From Cystobasidiomycetes sp. EMM_F5 (lineage: Eukaryota), in contig JBPGPT010000013.1 in NCBI GenBank assembly GCA_051047955.1, positions 248,001-312,000 on the forward strand: 64,000 nucleotides of DNA, in the 5' to 3' direction. The position numbers and the translations under genes are program-made. Shown piece by piece: positions 1-12,626 of the stretch (positions are counted from its first letter, which is position 1; every line of letters starts with the position of its first letter). A model generated the notes under the pieces. The model was not told the origin of the DNA. It saw only the letters and a list, made by a program, of their open reading frames with translations, and did not search any database.

Positions 1-3000
1 TGAAGTGCATCGTGTAAACGACCCAATGCCTCTGCGGTGGCTGCAATGCAAACCCAGCAGGTCAGCTTGGATAACTGCTAGACTTGTATTAATCGTAAAC
101 TGACCTGCGCTGCCGAGCGATACTTTGAGGCCTTCTGGTGCTTGCGACAGAATCAATTTTCTCGCCTGAGTCCTTGTGGCCTCCTTCTCCTCCGAAGTAC
201 GTTCTGCTTTCGCTTGAACGCCCGGTACAGATGACCACCAGCTAAAGAGGGTAATGGCGTCAGTAACGCGTGCGTATTTTGCAAAACGCAACTCACACAT
301 CGTCAGGAGGTGGCCAAAAACTCTTGCGAAGCAAGTCGACGTTCTTTGCATAGAACTGCTCGTCTGACATTGTAGCCACGAGTCGGGTGACTGCGGCCCG
401 GATGACGCTGGCATAGGACGTACGAAGAATACTCTCTAGTACCCTGAGAATACCTCTTTTGATGTTCCATGTCGAGTCTACGAGGTCGTAGGCTTCCTCC
501 AAGATGGCCATGGCGAAAGAAAGGACATTGTTGAATTCCGATGCGGACAGAGCCGAGGCTACTGCCGGACTTGGAGTACGCGGCGGAGGGGCAGGCGATG
601 CTCTCTCACTTGCAGCTGTCGCACCCGCCATGCTGGGCAAAGGCTCATCGATTGCCTTTTGTGCAACGGACTCTGCTTCTTCACCAGCGTGCTGTCGCAG
701 ATATTCCTGATCTACCTGTAGCAGTTGATCGAAGCTCATACGACCACGCAGCACGGGCGACTGCTTCACGGAAGACTCGACTGCGTCCTTCTCCACATTG
801 TCGCGACCAGCCGGTTTGCGGCGAGGTGTATAATGGAAGCCTTGCGGAATGGCCGCCTGCTCTCTTTTGGCTGAAGTTGGAGTATCCTGCGGTGGGAGCG
901 GTACATCTAAAGGACCATCTGGGACATGATAACCGTTCGGAGACGCTGGTCGCGGTGGAAGTGCAGGTGGTTGTGACGCGTGTGCAGGCATGATCGGTGT
1001 TGCAGGCTGCGACGCGCCTTCGGAATGATTGGAAATAAGATTTGCAGGTTGAATACCCTCCGACGCGGCAGCTGCTTCCTGCAGTAATCTTTCGGGGAGG
1101 TCTATGCTTTCTTCCTGAATTGAAGGCGATTGCAGTATTGGCAAAGCGTCACTCGAAGTGGCTGGTGTCTTAGCAGCAGCATCCTTCAGCGATGACATTG
1201 AAGACCGCTTGCTTGGTGTCTGCGGGCTGCCAACTTCCGCTGCCGAAGGACGTCTTCGTAACTTCGGCAGCGTCGTCACTGCCGTCGTAAAATTGCTCAA
1301 ACCTGTAGCAATTCCCCTCGTTGCTGCTTCACCGCTACGGCCGATACCTCGCGTCACGCCAGTCACACCTTTTCCGATATTGTTCACTCCACGGCCGAGG
1401 AACGCAAGTGGCTGAATATTGGTGCTCTTGGAGTCCGTACGCTCTCTCGCAAAGAACAGCGCAACCGGATCGCATGCAGCGTATCGGTCATCCTGCAGCA
1501 GGGCTGTTAGATACTGCTCCAACGACCGACAGAGGTTCTCGCTTGTCTGAAAGTTGGTGGACGGTAGAGGGGCGCGAGGGAAGTCTCGTGTACCGGAAGC
1601 AGGAAGCGCCTTCTTGATGCCTACATCCATATTTTCGAACTCTGGATATTTACGAGCAAGCTGGATGTATTGTCAGTTTCACGTTCATACAAATCCGCAT
1701 ACGTAGTGACTCACAATATATCCAGGCTGACCTTCTACTTCAACGGCGATAAGGAACTCGAGGTCCCGCTTGTTTTTGACATGACTATTGTGGAAGGCCG
1801 AGGGCGGCGAGAGATCGGTCAAAGTCACAGAGAAAGCCGGGTTCTGAAGTGATTGCGCGTCTTCATTATCGTCCTGAGAAGACAGCGTAAGTGTCGACTG
1901 GCTAGAGTTGAAACCATCTGGACTTGTAAAGTCGGACTGTGCGGGAACAACCACCTCCGAATTCTCCTTCGAAAGTGCTGTTTCGACAGCGGTGACGGAG
2001 TCAACATCTCGCGTAGGAGAAACAATTCCCGGATCGTGGTGTAATGCCAGATTTGATGAGAGATCGATGTCCAGCCCAAGAGAAGATTGCCTAACTTTGG
2101 CAGGAGACGTGGCAGAGGCGGACCTGGACATGCTAGCCGCAGTTGGTGCTGCCGCAGCAATATCGGCAGAAGGCTCATCGTGAAAGCTCATACTACTGCC
2201 AATGTCACCGCCCGAATCGCCCGTAGAGACCGAGCGAGTGGGCAGCCCCTCACGAGCCATCGGAGCCGCCTCATATGCGTCGAGCGTGTGTTTGCTAGTT
2301 GACGCAGAAGGCTCCGAGCTCGATGAAGCTCCAGGATCAGCATCATTGGGGAGATGAAGAGAAGACGCGAGCGAACCAGCTTGCTCATCTGAGCGAAGGA
2401 ACGCTTGCCAATACCGGGACTGCAATTCCCGGAGTATCCAATCCTGCAGTGGTTCAAAGGCGTCGGCATTCGGATTCTGGGCCAGTCGCAAAATGACCAT
2501 TTCGCATGCCGTCCAGTATGCTGCGTATCGTGCTTGCTTTATCTTTTCATTCTCGTCTGCGAGATCGGCATCTTCAGCCTTGGCATGCAAAACCTTCTTC
2601 AGCAAAGCAATTGCGTCTTCCTGAAGCTGTACACTATCAGGCTGAGTAACATCGACCATATAGCCAAAATGATCAAGCTGCGTCCACAAGCGAAGCAGTT
2701 TCTCGCCCGAGCCCGAATCGATCTTCTCCACGTACTCATGAAAAGAGTCACTCAAGTCTGCGAGCTGATAATCATGATGTGTGACATTCTTGTGTCTTGC
2801 AGAGTTCTTTGCCAACACGGAAACCAGCTGCGGATCCTGCGGAGCGGGAAAAAGCAATTCTATATCCTTACTGAAAAGTGAATGTTCCAGCTGCCGCACG
2901 AGCTGCGTTTGAGTGTCTGGAGTCCCCGGTCGGAAGTTTTCGATGATACGAAGTACCTTGAGATTGAGGGGAAGTGCAGGTACCGGCGGGGCGGCTATCG

Positions 3001-5271
3001 GCAGCGGGCCGGAATGGCTCGACTGAGGAAAGAGTGCAGAGGATGCCGACGCCGGCGTACCCGGCGGGCTCATAAATATCGAAGACGGTCTGGAGGATGA
3101 GCCGGGCTTGCTGGAGGCATGTGACATGATACTCGCTGGTTTGGGACTAGCCGGTCGCGCTGCCATCGCTGTCTCTATTGGCGGTGCCCATTCCCTCTCT
3201 TTGCCTTTCACTGATATGCCAGTCACGCCGCCTGATCCAGGTTGAGCGGTATGCATAGTCCGCCGCTTGAGCCCAGAAGCGTCTGCCGCAGACACGCCTA
3301 CCTGATCATCGGCCGGTAAGGCTGCATCGAGTAGCTTGGTAGCATTGTTAAAGAGGTTCTTGCCAAACATGCGTAGCTTGGTCGCCCCTTCCTCTATGGC
3401 ATCCTCTATGCTTCTGTCTGTAAAGCGCTCTCGATCGGCTTGCTGGCTCATTCCTGATCGGCGAGACATATCGAGTGATTGGCGAGGACTGGAGGGAACA
3501 CTTCGCGACGTTGATGGACTGCTGCTTGTTGCGGCGGTCGGAGATGCTGAACTAACGCTACCTCTCGCAGTACGAGACGGTGTTGATATCGGAGGCGGAT
3601 CAAAATAGAAATGCGCACCGGACGCAGCGTATGTATGATCTTTCGAATTTAACGAAATAACCTTTGCAGGTTCACTTTCGATCGCTCGACCCTTTCCCTT
3701 GTCTAGCCGGGAGGGACTGACAACGACAGGACGAGGTGGGAGTTCCGGCGCCTGTGAACTCGAATGAGGAGTTTTCATGTTTGCCGGAATTTTGTGCAGA
3801 GTCTCACTTTTCGATTGCGGCGAGTGTGGAGTTGGAGGGCTTATGGCATGGTCGCCAATCGAATCTTGCGACGGTATGCTAAGAAGAGTTTCGTCTACAG
3901 GCACAGATTTGGTAGCCGCAGACTTTGCTTTCACCTTATGAGCGGCTTCGACTGCCTCGCCGAGGTGCGCCACTATGGCGGTATTTATATAGTCTGCATT
4001 CAACGATTTGATGGTCGAGTGTACCTGTTCTCGTGTCAACTCAGAAACGTGTTACTCTGTTTGTATGACTAGACCGTACTTGTAGGGAGAGGACTTCAGA
4101 CAAAAGGGATAGTATCATTGGTGACTGAGTCGCGGAACGGGGTGCGAGAGTGAGCATAAGCTGTTAGAGCGAAAGGACCGGATAGCACAGGCACAAAACA
4201 GTATGTCAGATGCTTGTGGGTATACGCTCAGCGTGAGTGAATATCTCCGCACCTCTTCGCTTGTCCTTCGAATCTTTTTTACCAGCTCCTGAGACTCGTT
4301 TGCTGGGTCTCTGGCATCCTCCGCTTCGACGCCCTTACCCTCCCGTAGCTGCGAGATGAGTGCGCTGCTTACCGAATGAAAGAGGTAGATTGCAACCTCT
4401 TTTGCATCCTGCCGGCGTACTCTACGCACGAGATTGTTGAGAATCACATTCAGTAAAGACCGAGTGTGGTTTGGAAAGGCCGTGTTGGGAGATAGAGCGA
4501 CTGATGTGGTGTACCAGTAGTCTACAAAGTCTCTCTGGATGAGGGAGAGGAGCTTTGATATGTGAGGCTATTGTATTCAGCATTGCGATTGACGAGAGGC
4601 AATCAGAAGAATTGCGAGGCCAGAGCAGGGTACCGATTTAGCTCTTGTTAGAGGGTGATTTGGAAGAGGGACTAGCTTACATCCAGAACGATTCCCACGT
4701 CGAGCTCTACGAATCTATCCTGATGGCGATCACTTGCAAACAGATCTTCGCGGTCTACTGCAGACGTAAAGGACGCCGCACTCTTGTTGCGTCTGTTGAT
4801 CAAAGCACTCGCATCCTGTCTGTTTGCTGAATCTGCCTCGTTTGGGGGTGTCGGTGTCGGATGTCCTTGCAGACGGTGTCGACCGGATGGGGTCTGATTC
4901 AAACAAGGGCACCATCAGAGTTGATTCCCAGTGATTCCAGGGTACACATTTCCAAGCTGTGTGTGGTCCACCGCAATTGCGTCAACCTACCCGTCCTACA
5001 AAAGAATCGACGATATGCCGGAGTTCTGGGATGGCCGACAGCGGACTTGTGGGATACCAAGATGGCAGGATGAGCAGCAGACTATGACGAGCATACCAGA
5101 CACTCACACCGCCAGAAGCAGGACCAGTATAGAAGTAGCGAGCCCGATCCTGTAAACGAGCGGAAGAATGACGAGTCCAGCGAGTCCAGCGATGAGCGGT
5201 GTGCTGGGCATGATGGACGAGCTGGCAGTGTTTGTAAGGTGCTGCCGCTGCTCGAGTCCTGCATTGCTCAT
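1..5271 (-). CDS. PXA-RGS-PX-Nexin_C sorting nexin (Mdm1/SNX13/14/19/25-like), multi-exon, 3' end outside the window
   Basis: N-terminal hydrophobic segment (PLIAGLAGLVILPLVYRIGLATSILVLLLA). PXA-like LLSLIQRDFVDYWY at ~4560-4510. RGS-like FHEYVEKID...LLRLWTQLDHF...LQSRYWQAFLRS. PX-like FLIAVEVEG...LEQYLTALLQD...VALFF. Nexin_C-like ILEEAYDL...WNIKRG...LLRKSFWP. Joins ORFs 5104-5307, 4115-4447, 1685-4039 and 293-1630 through introns. Confidence 0.8.
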
Positions 5272-5389
5272 CGTGTTGGACTGGAACCAAAACCAAGACC
5301 ATTTCAATTATTGCTTCTTTGCTTCAGACCAAGTTGGACCAATAACTGCGATATAACACTCTGCCTTACGCTGCCAACAGTCACCAACC

Positions 5390-6436
5390 ATGTCGGGAGC
5401 GAGTGCGAGTATCGCTGCAGCGCCGTCGGTGTCGACGTCGAGTAATGCTGGAAATGCCCATGCAGACAGCCACGACGACGGGGTGGACTACGGCGATGGA
5501 GACGGGCAGGACATGAACGACGAGGATCCAGTGGGTGGTCTGCGGATGGGGAGTGGCAGAGACTGCGGCAGCCTGACGTGGAGCAATCAATACGCCAACT
5601 TGGACTCGATGAATGTCTTTATTCCAACAGGACCTTGAAGCAATGAAGGCTAGAGTGAGAGTCATGGAGCAGGAGGCAGCTAAACTGAGGGAAATGCATG
5701 CTGCTGTCAGTCGCAGACCGAGCGAGCTGGATGGATGGACTGATTGGAGGGCTGATGGACTCAAATCCCGACATTCATCAAATGCAGGCTGAGAGGGCAG
5801 CTAACGGAAGTTCTGCTGCCGGCGACGGGTCGATGGACACTTCTACATCCACTCCCGGGACACCTGGAGGGTCGACTGGAGGACCACCGATACTGACCGA
5901 CGAAGAAAAGCAAGAGATTGATTCACGGTCGATACACGTTGGCAACGTAGATTACTCTGCCACTCCAGAGGAGATACAGCAGCACTTTGCGTCGTGCGGG
6001 ACGATAAACCGGGTCACCATTCTCGTAGACAAGCATACAGGGCATCCCAAGGGGTTTGCATACGTAGAGTTTGCAGACCCTAGCCTGGTTGCAAACAGCA
6101 TGACGATGAATGAGAGTCTGTTCAAGGGGAGGCTGATAAAGGTGAGCATGTGTCACGATTTCTGTCAGATGTACAGATACTGACAGTGTCGTCTCTTCAG
6201 GTCCAACCCAAAAGAACAAACGTCCCCCACTTTATGCTGCCCGGAAGAGGACGGGGTGGTCGTGGAGCATACCGGGGAGGTGCGCCGAGAGGGAGAGGCT
6301 ACTCGCCATACGGTGGTCGACCGCCGAGGGGCTACCGGTGAGTTGATTGTCGCCCACGAGTTGCTGTTTTCTTTGCAATCAATCTGAATTGGACTTTGGC
6401 AGCGGAGGAGGTCGCGGCAGAGGCCGAGGTGCTTAA
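5390..6436 (+). CDS. PAB2: Nuclear poly(A)-binding protein 2 (PABPN1/Pab2), RRM plus RG-rich tail
   Basis: Coiled coil [38 protein letters not shown]...KGFAYVEF...[23 protein letters not shown]-rich C-terminus ending GRGRGRGA*. Confidence 0.92.
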
Positions 6437-6803
6437 AATAGGACAAACTGCATATTGCGACACTGCGCGTTTAATACGATGGCATCGTATATGCAAATGC
6501 AAGACTTGGAATGTATCGCAATACTGGCGACAGACTAGACTGGCAGAGTGAATGTGGAGTGAATGTAGAGCAATGCGATAGCTGCGGATCCGAATCAGCC
6601 GACCACTTTGCTGCTCAGATGTGTCATGACCATTGCATTCACATTGTCCGACATGGTGTCCATCCACAACTTGGGACCAATGCAACCCGTCTGAGTGCGC
6701 GACTTGGACGAGGAATGAGCCAGACGAGGCCGAGTCTCGAATAAGAGGCACGACGATACACGGCGCATCTGTCCATTGACTGGTGAAAGGCCAGCGGAAA
6801 GCC

Positions 6804-9800
6804 ATGAAGGGCGCAACAGCTGGCCAGCAACCACAACCGCAGACGCAGCAGGGCGGGGCATCAAAGTGAGTGGGGTGTGACGATGAGGAGGTCAGGATAG
6901 TCACGTAGCTGATGCTGGGTTCAATGTAAAGACGCCCGCCAAATCGATGGGCAGCAGGAGCACCAAAACTGTCCGACGCAGCCAGCAATGCAACAACAAC
7001 GACGACGACGACGAGCAATTTGTCCACGCCCGCTGGAGGAAACAGTCCAGCGCAGTCGCAGTCCGGGACACCCAGGTCGGGGACAAATGCCATCCATACT
7101 CCAAACCATACAAAGACCAACAGCGGGGCAAGCAGCAGTAGCAATAGCAATCCTGCCAATGCCGTCGTGAATGCCAGCGCAACTAATCAACCAGCTCAGC
7201 AAAGATCTTTTGCAAACGTCACAAATGCACGCAGCAGCTCGAGCAACCACGCCGCGGTGTCGGTACAGAAACCTGTATCGTACAGTCCCACAGCCGTCTC
7301 AGTGTCGGACGACGAGCAACGTGTGATGCGCGAGAGAATGCTGGTGAGTGCCTAGGCTCTTCCGCTCTTTTCCGCTCGTTGGCTGAACAGTCTTTCGTAA
7401 AGTACCTTCTCCAAAATATGGTGGTAAGTCGATGCATTGATGTGGACCCGAGTACGGTGCTAATCTCCAATACACCCACAGGGCTCGAAAGTCAATGTGT
7501 CACTCAGATCCGGTCTCAAGTATACTGGCATCATGTCGACGACGAGCGAGTCCGACATGACAATGACGGTCAAGCTCGCTCGCCAACTTGACGCCAAAGC
7601 AACTCCGACAGGGCACGCCAAGCAGTCCATGTCGTTTACCGCGCGAGATATTGTAGACATTCACGCTGCGAGTGTCGATTTTGATACTGCACCTCGACCT
7701 GCCAGTCCCAATCAACAATTGCATCAAGGAGGACAGTCCGCTCGCGACTCTGCTCCTTCGATATCCCAAGTCATGAATGGAACAGAGACGTTCCGCACAG
7801 ATACAGACATTTCAGGTCCAGCTGGTCAAGGTGCCGGCCGTACTTTACAAAAGTATGATTTCGGTAGCGGCGGTAGCGGTGCGGACGGCTCACTTGAGGG
7901 TGGCTTGGAAAGCGGAGGCAAATTCGGTAATGCAAAGAAATCTGGTGGTACGGGCGCTTGGGATCAATTTGCAGTCAACGAGAGGCTGTTTGGTACAAAG
8001 ACCAATTTCGACGAGGAAATGTACACGACCAAGCTAGATCGGTCAGGTGCGGATTTCAGAGACAAGGAGAAGCGTGCTCAGGCAATCGCAGATGAAATCT
8101 TGGGTACCGCCGCGACTAATTCCCATCAAGCGGAAGAACGCGGTGCTGTCGTCGATGATAGCGGGCTCGACGAAGAGGACAAGTGAGTGGGTTCCGCTCA
8201 ATGCGGAGGTGGATCCTGATGATCACTACACCTCAATTTCGCAGATACTCTGGCGTACTCCGCGCACCTGGGTCGTACGTCCCGCCGGGCGCTCGAAAAG
8301 GGCTCGGCGCACAAGCTACAATTGCATCTGCGAAGAAGTCTCAGCAAGACTCTGCGCCGTCTGAACCACCAGCTCAAGATGAGACTGCAGACACCACAAC
8401 AGTTACAGACGCCGAGCCAAGCCAGGCGCCAACAGCGATGGAAGCATCTGCTCCGAAGGCAGTGACAGGGACACCGCTGCCAAGCAAGGTATTGCGGACC
8501 GGAGCAGCGACTTTTGTGCCGAGCAGGGAATCTACACCTGTCGAGTCTGGGGGAGACCAAGCGGGAGAAGGCGCAGCGAAACCGCCAACACCGACCGTCA
8601 GTGTGACAAAGGTTGTCTCTGCTACCAATGGACAGCCCGCCGAAGTTGCAGGCGTTTTCAAGAAGTTTGTTGGTATGGAGAAGGAAAAGATACTTAATCG
8701 CAGGCAGGACCTGGCTCGTTTGGGCCGCGAGGAGAAATTGGCAGAGCTGAGGGCATTCAGCGAGAATTTCAAGGTATGCCTTTTCTGTAGTCGAGGGGAC
8801 TGCGAATCACTGACTTCAAGGATTCGAAGTTGCGTTTTTCTGCGCCCGGTAAAGAAGCAGCGAAGGACTCCGCATCGTCTAGTAAACCCGCTGCGATTGC
8901 GGCGAAGCCCGACCAGGCGGCTCCCACCGCGCCAACGGAGCCTTTGCAGAATCAAACATCCGCACAGAAGGCTGCTGCCCCATCAGCTTCAGTGGTCGCT
9001 TCACCAAACATTCAGTCGTCTACCAATCTCGCCAAAACGTCATCGGTGTCCGCTTCGACGCCTCAAGCCACGGCAGTACCACTCACTCGGGCGCAAAAGT
9101 ATGCCTTGCCTGAGATTCCGAAGTGGAACCCTGCCAAAGCTGCTGCACGAGCCAACGCTGCTGCTACTACTTCTACCACTAACAGCAGCGGTGTTAGTGG
9201 GCAACAGACCCCAACTCCCGCCTCGGGCAATCTGCCTGATGCAACCAGCGAGACCTCTAAGGCATCGAGCAAGTTCAATGTTGCTGCAAAGGAATTTGTC
9301 TTCCGTCCAGGTGCTATTTCGTTTGTTCCTGGCGGGTCGCCGGCAGCTGGCACATCGAGCAGTAGCCACGCACCGACAAAAGCGGATGTCACAGCTACTT
9401 CTGACCGCATTTCGGCCACTAACAGCTCAGAAGGACCTGGCAAGGCTTCTGCTGTTGCTCAACCGCCAGTACCCATCAATCCCTTCTTTGGACTGAATGT
9501 GCCCAAGCCAACGCGCTCCGACGCGCCTCCGTTCCTAGTGAAAGAGGATTTCAGTCCATTCCGAAACGGACGACTCGAGTCATCCGCTAGCGTGTGTAAG
9601 TGCTACATTTCGAATCTGTCTGCAGCATTGCGCAGTCACTGACAGGAATTCTAGCCGCGGATTGGGGCTTCTCTGGGAAATCATACCGGACGGAAATCTC
9701 CACATTCAACCCAGAGCAACGCAATGCGATGTCGCCGCAACCACCGGCACCGGCTTCGACACAATTTTATGGCATGCACCCGCAGCATCAAGTACCGAAT

Positions 9801-10732
9801 CATCTCCAACATCAGCATTCTCAGCTGCCACAATTTCAGTCACCACATCCTGCTCATCAAGTCCCGCAGCCGCAGCAGCATAATATACAGCATGCGCACC
9901 ATCGCAGCAATACATCGAACGCATCTATGCAATCAGCAGCTCGGTTACAAGTCATGTCACCGTCCATGGCTCCGCCCTCGACAAACGGCGGCTCATCTAC
10001 AGGTCGTATGTCTCGGAGTCCGAGCGCAATAGGCGGATTGAGTACCGAAGGGACAGTCGCGTCGTCCCAAACTAGTGCTGCACCAACACCAGGCCCCGGT
10101 CAGATGGCTACACCTACCGGCCCTCACGCAGTGCATGGCCCGCATCACCTGCCCGCTCAACATGCACCTGGGCAACCTCACATGGTTCCGCAGATGTATA
10201 CGATGTATCACCCTCAGCAGTTCCCAGGCGCGCCTTACCGAATGCAGTCCGGCTTACCACAACACGGTCACGGCCAGCCGCACGGTCATCCGTCGCATCC
10301 CGGCAATCATCTCCCGCCCCTTGCCATTCAACATCCTGGTCAGATGGCGTATCCGGGTGCTCAACAATATGTCGGTCAAATGCCATTTTCACCACAAATG
10401 CATGCCGCCAGCCCTTCTATATACAATGGGCAGATACTCAGTCAAGGGCCGCCAGGAGCGAATCAGTACATGTCTCCCATGTTTGTGACACAGGCCGGTG
10501 CCCGAGGTCCGGCGCAGCAAATTGCGCCAGGCCAACCGCAACCAGTCTTCTACCAACAAATGCCAACCCAGCCGGGTGCGTAGATGACTTGATTTTGTGC
10601 CTCACTTATGGCTTACCCATTTTTCCTCTCTGAAAAGGCATGCCTCCTCAGTACGCTATGATCCCGCAGGGTATGCCGATTTTGCCTCCACCGCAACATC
10701 AACACATGTACGAGAAGCCAGCAGCCGCGTAA
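6804..10732 (+). CDS. PBP1: Ataxin-2/Pbp1 homologue (LSm, LsmAD, PAM2-like motifs, Q/H/P-rich tail)
   Basis: Sm-ATX ERML-YLLQNMV-GSKVNVSLRSGLKYTGI; FRTDTDIS; LsmAD WDQFAVNERLFGTKTNFDEEMYTTKLDRS...AEERG...DEEDK-YSGVLR. Spliced start MKGATAG at 6804, last exon ...HMYEKPAAA*. Confidence 0.9.
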
Positions 10733-11181
10733 GATACTTTCGCTTCCTTGAAGAGGTACATCTAGTCCTCCGCGATCGGTCAGAGCCCTTGTCTGTGATC
10801 ATAACACGTCAAGCGAAGTTAATCGATGAGCACGGAAATTGCAGAGCAAGCCCCGGATGTCATTATCGACAGGAGCAGGGGATGATCAGCTGCCTGCATC
10901 GACTTCCGAATGACTACGGGATGCTCGAAAGCCCTGGTGCTGCTTGTGTTGTGCGGTACAAGGAGGTCCGATGATTTCTGCGATGGTAACATTGCTACAC
11001 TTCTGTTCCAGTGTGATGCTTCGATCGGCTCGCATTGCTACTGTCAAATTCTGTTTCGACAACTGACATTACTATGCTGATTGTATACAAAGGGTCTGAC
11101 TGAGTATTGCTTTCGGAATCTAACCGGATCACCCTGTCGATGCGGCTTGTGTCTCATCCAATCGTACAGCTTACATTATTC

Positions 11182-12474
11182 ATGGCGGTCACACCACGAA
11201 TTTCGTATCCCATTTACAGCTTTCCACCACTAGCACAAAATTATCAGAGGCCGCCAGGTCCTACACGGAATCGACCTGTACAGATCTCTACAATACTGAC
11301 GTACTTGGCAGGTGCAGCATGCACTTTGTTTCTGCTCACAGTAGTGTGCTGGGAGCCTGCACGCGATCTGGCCGTATGGAGCACGCTGCAGAAATTTTAT
11401 GGCGAAGAGGCTCTGTTTTCCGCTAGGCCAGACAATCCGATCTATGACAGCAAGTTTAGGTGAGCATTCTGCGTTCCGCTGCAATGGGGCGCCGTGACTG
11501 ATGGCTCGATGCCAGTATCGTCGTGTCTACGTATGATCGCTTCGAGCATCTCCTGCAATTTTTGAATCACTACGGCAAAACAGACATACCCGATCTCGAG
11601 GCTATACACATATCCTGGGTGAGGTTTACGCTTTCTTTCGAGCAATTCGGAAATTGCTGAAATGCTACATGCTCCACGCTCAGGGTCTAGGCGATGATCA
11701 CCCACCGCCTGAAGCTTTGCGTCTGGATGCATATCGCGTTCCGATCTATCTGGATTATGCCAGCGTTGACAGCCTTACAGAACGGTTCCGCACAGGACAG
11801 CATACAAGGACCAGTTCAGTACTGTTGCTGGACGACGACGTAATATTATCAGTGGATGCGTTATCGCTCGGTTGGGAAGCGTGGAAAGGCCATGGTATGC
11901 AGACGCATCGCATCGTTGGGTACATGCCACGGAAGCACGTCCACTACCAATCCGGTGGTCATCTGTACACATTCGATACAAAGGATGGCTACTCGATGAT
12001 TCTCACCAGCGCAGCTTTCGTCGACCACACCATGCTGCGTTGGTTCTGGGCTGCGACACGTGAAAACGCACTTGCTATCCAATACGTGGATCAGCATTTG
12101 AATTGCGAAGACATACTATTCAATGGCAAGTTTCGAAGCGCGTCGATTTCATTAGCTGACGTGCATCTTCAGAGGTGGTCAGTGCAAGAACGGGACAATC
12201 TCCGCTGCTAGTAAATGTGCCTCCAGGAAGCATAATCGCAATCAGGTCAGAGGGAATCTCCAGCAAACCGGACCACTTCATCGAACGATCCTACTGCCTG
12301 GCTCGCTTCTACCACCTTTACGGCAATGTTCTTAAAATGTCACGTCTTGCAATTGGTCCGGCAAGAAACCAGCGAGTGGCAGTACATGATTTGGACAAGA
12401 TTTACAGCCCAATAGGTTCGGCGTGGGGCGAGAACAGACGCTTCAGACGACCATATCGTCCGAGAGATCAGTGA
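11182..12474 (+). CDS. Glycosyltransferase family 64 (exostosin C-terminal/EXTL2-like), type II membrane protein
   Basis: TM segment ILTYLAGAACTLFLLTVVC; SLTERF...VLLLDDDV (DxD), IVGYMPRKH, YSMILTSAAF, NCEDILFN, HFIERSYCL. One intron needs a GC donor (12126). Confidence 0.85.
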
Positions 12475-12626
12475 GACGCTCTTTTGCGCATGACTAGCGA
12501 GCGCGCCATCAGCTATTATTAAAGTCAGAGTCAGATGCGATTCTCGGAAAACGCAAATCAAAGACATAGATTGCTCGATATGCTGCTATGTACACTTAAA
12601 CCCGTTACCTTGCCAGATGTGCCCAA

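Noticed and set aside
6332..7159. 275 aa antisense ORF with a signal-peptide-like start, and similar long antisense ORFs elsewhere
   Set aside because: Mirror of low-complexity Ser/Thr/Asn/Gln codons of PBP1 on the other strand; no independent coding features.
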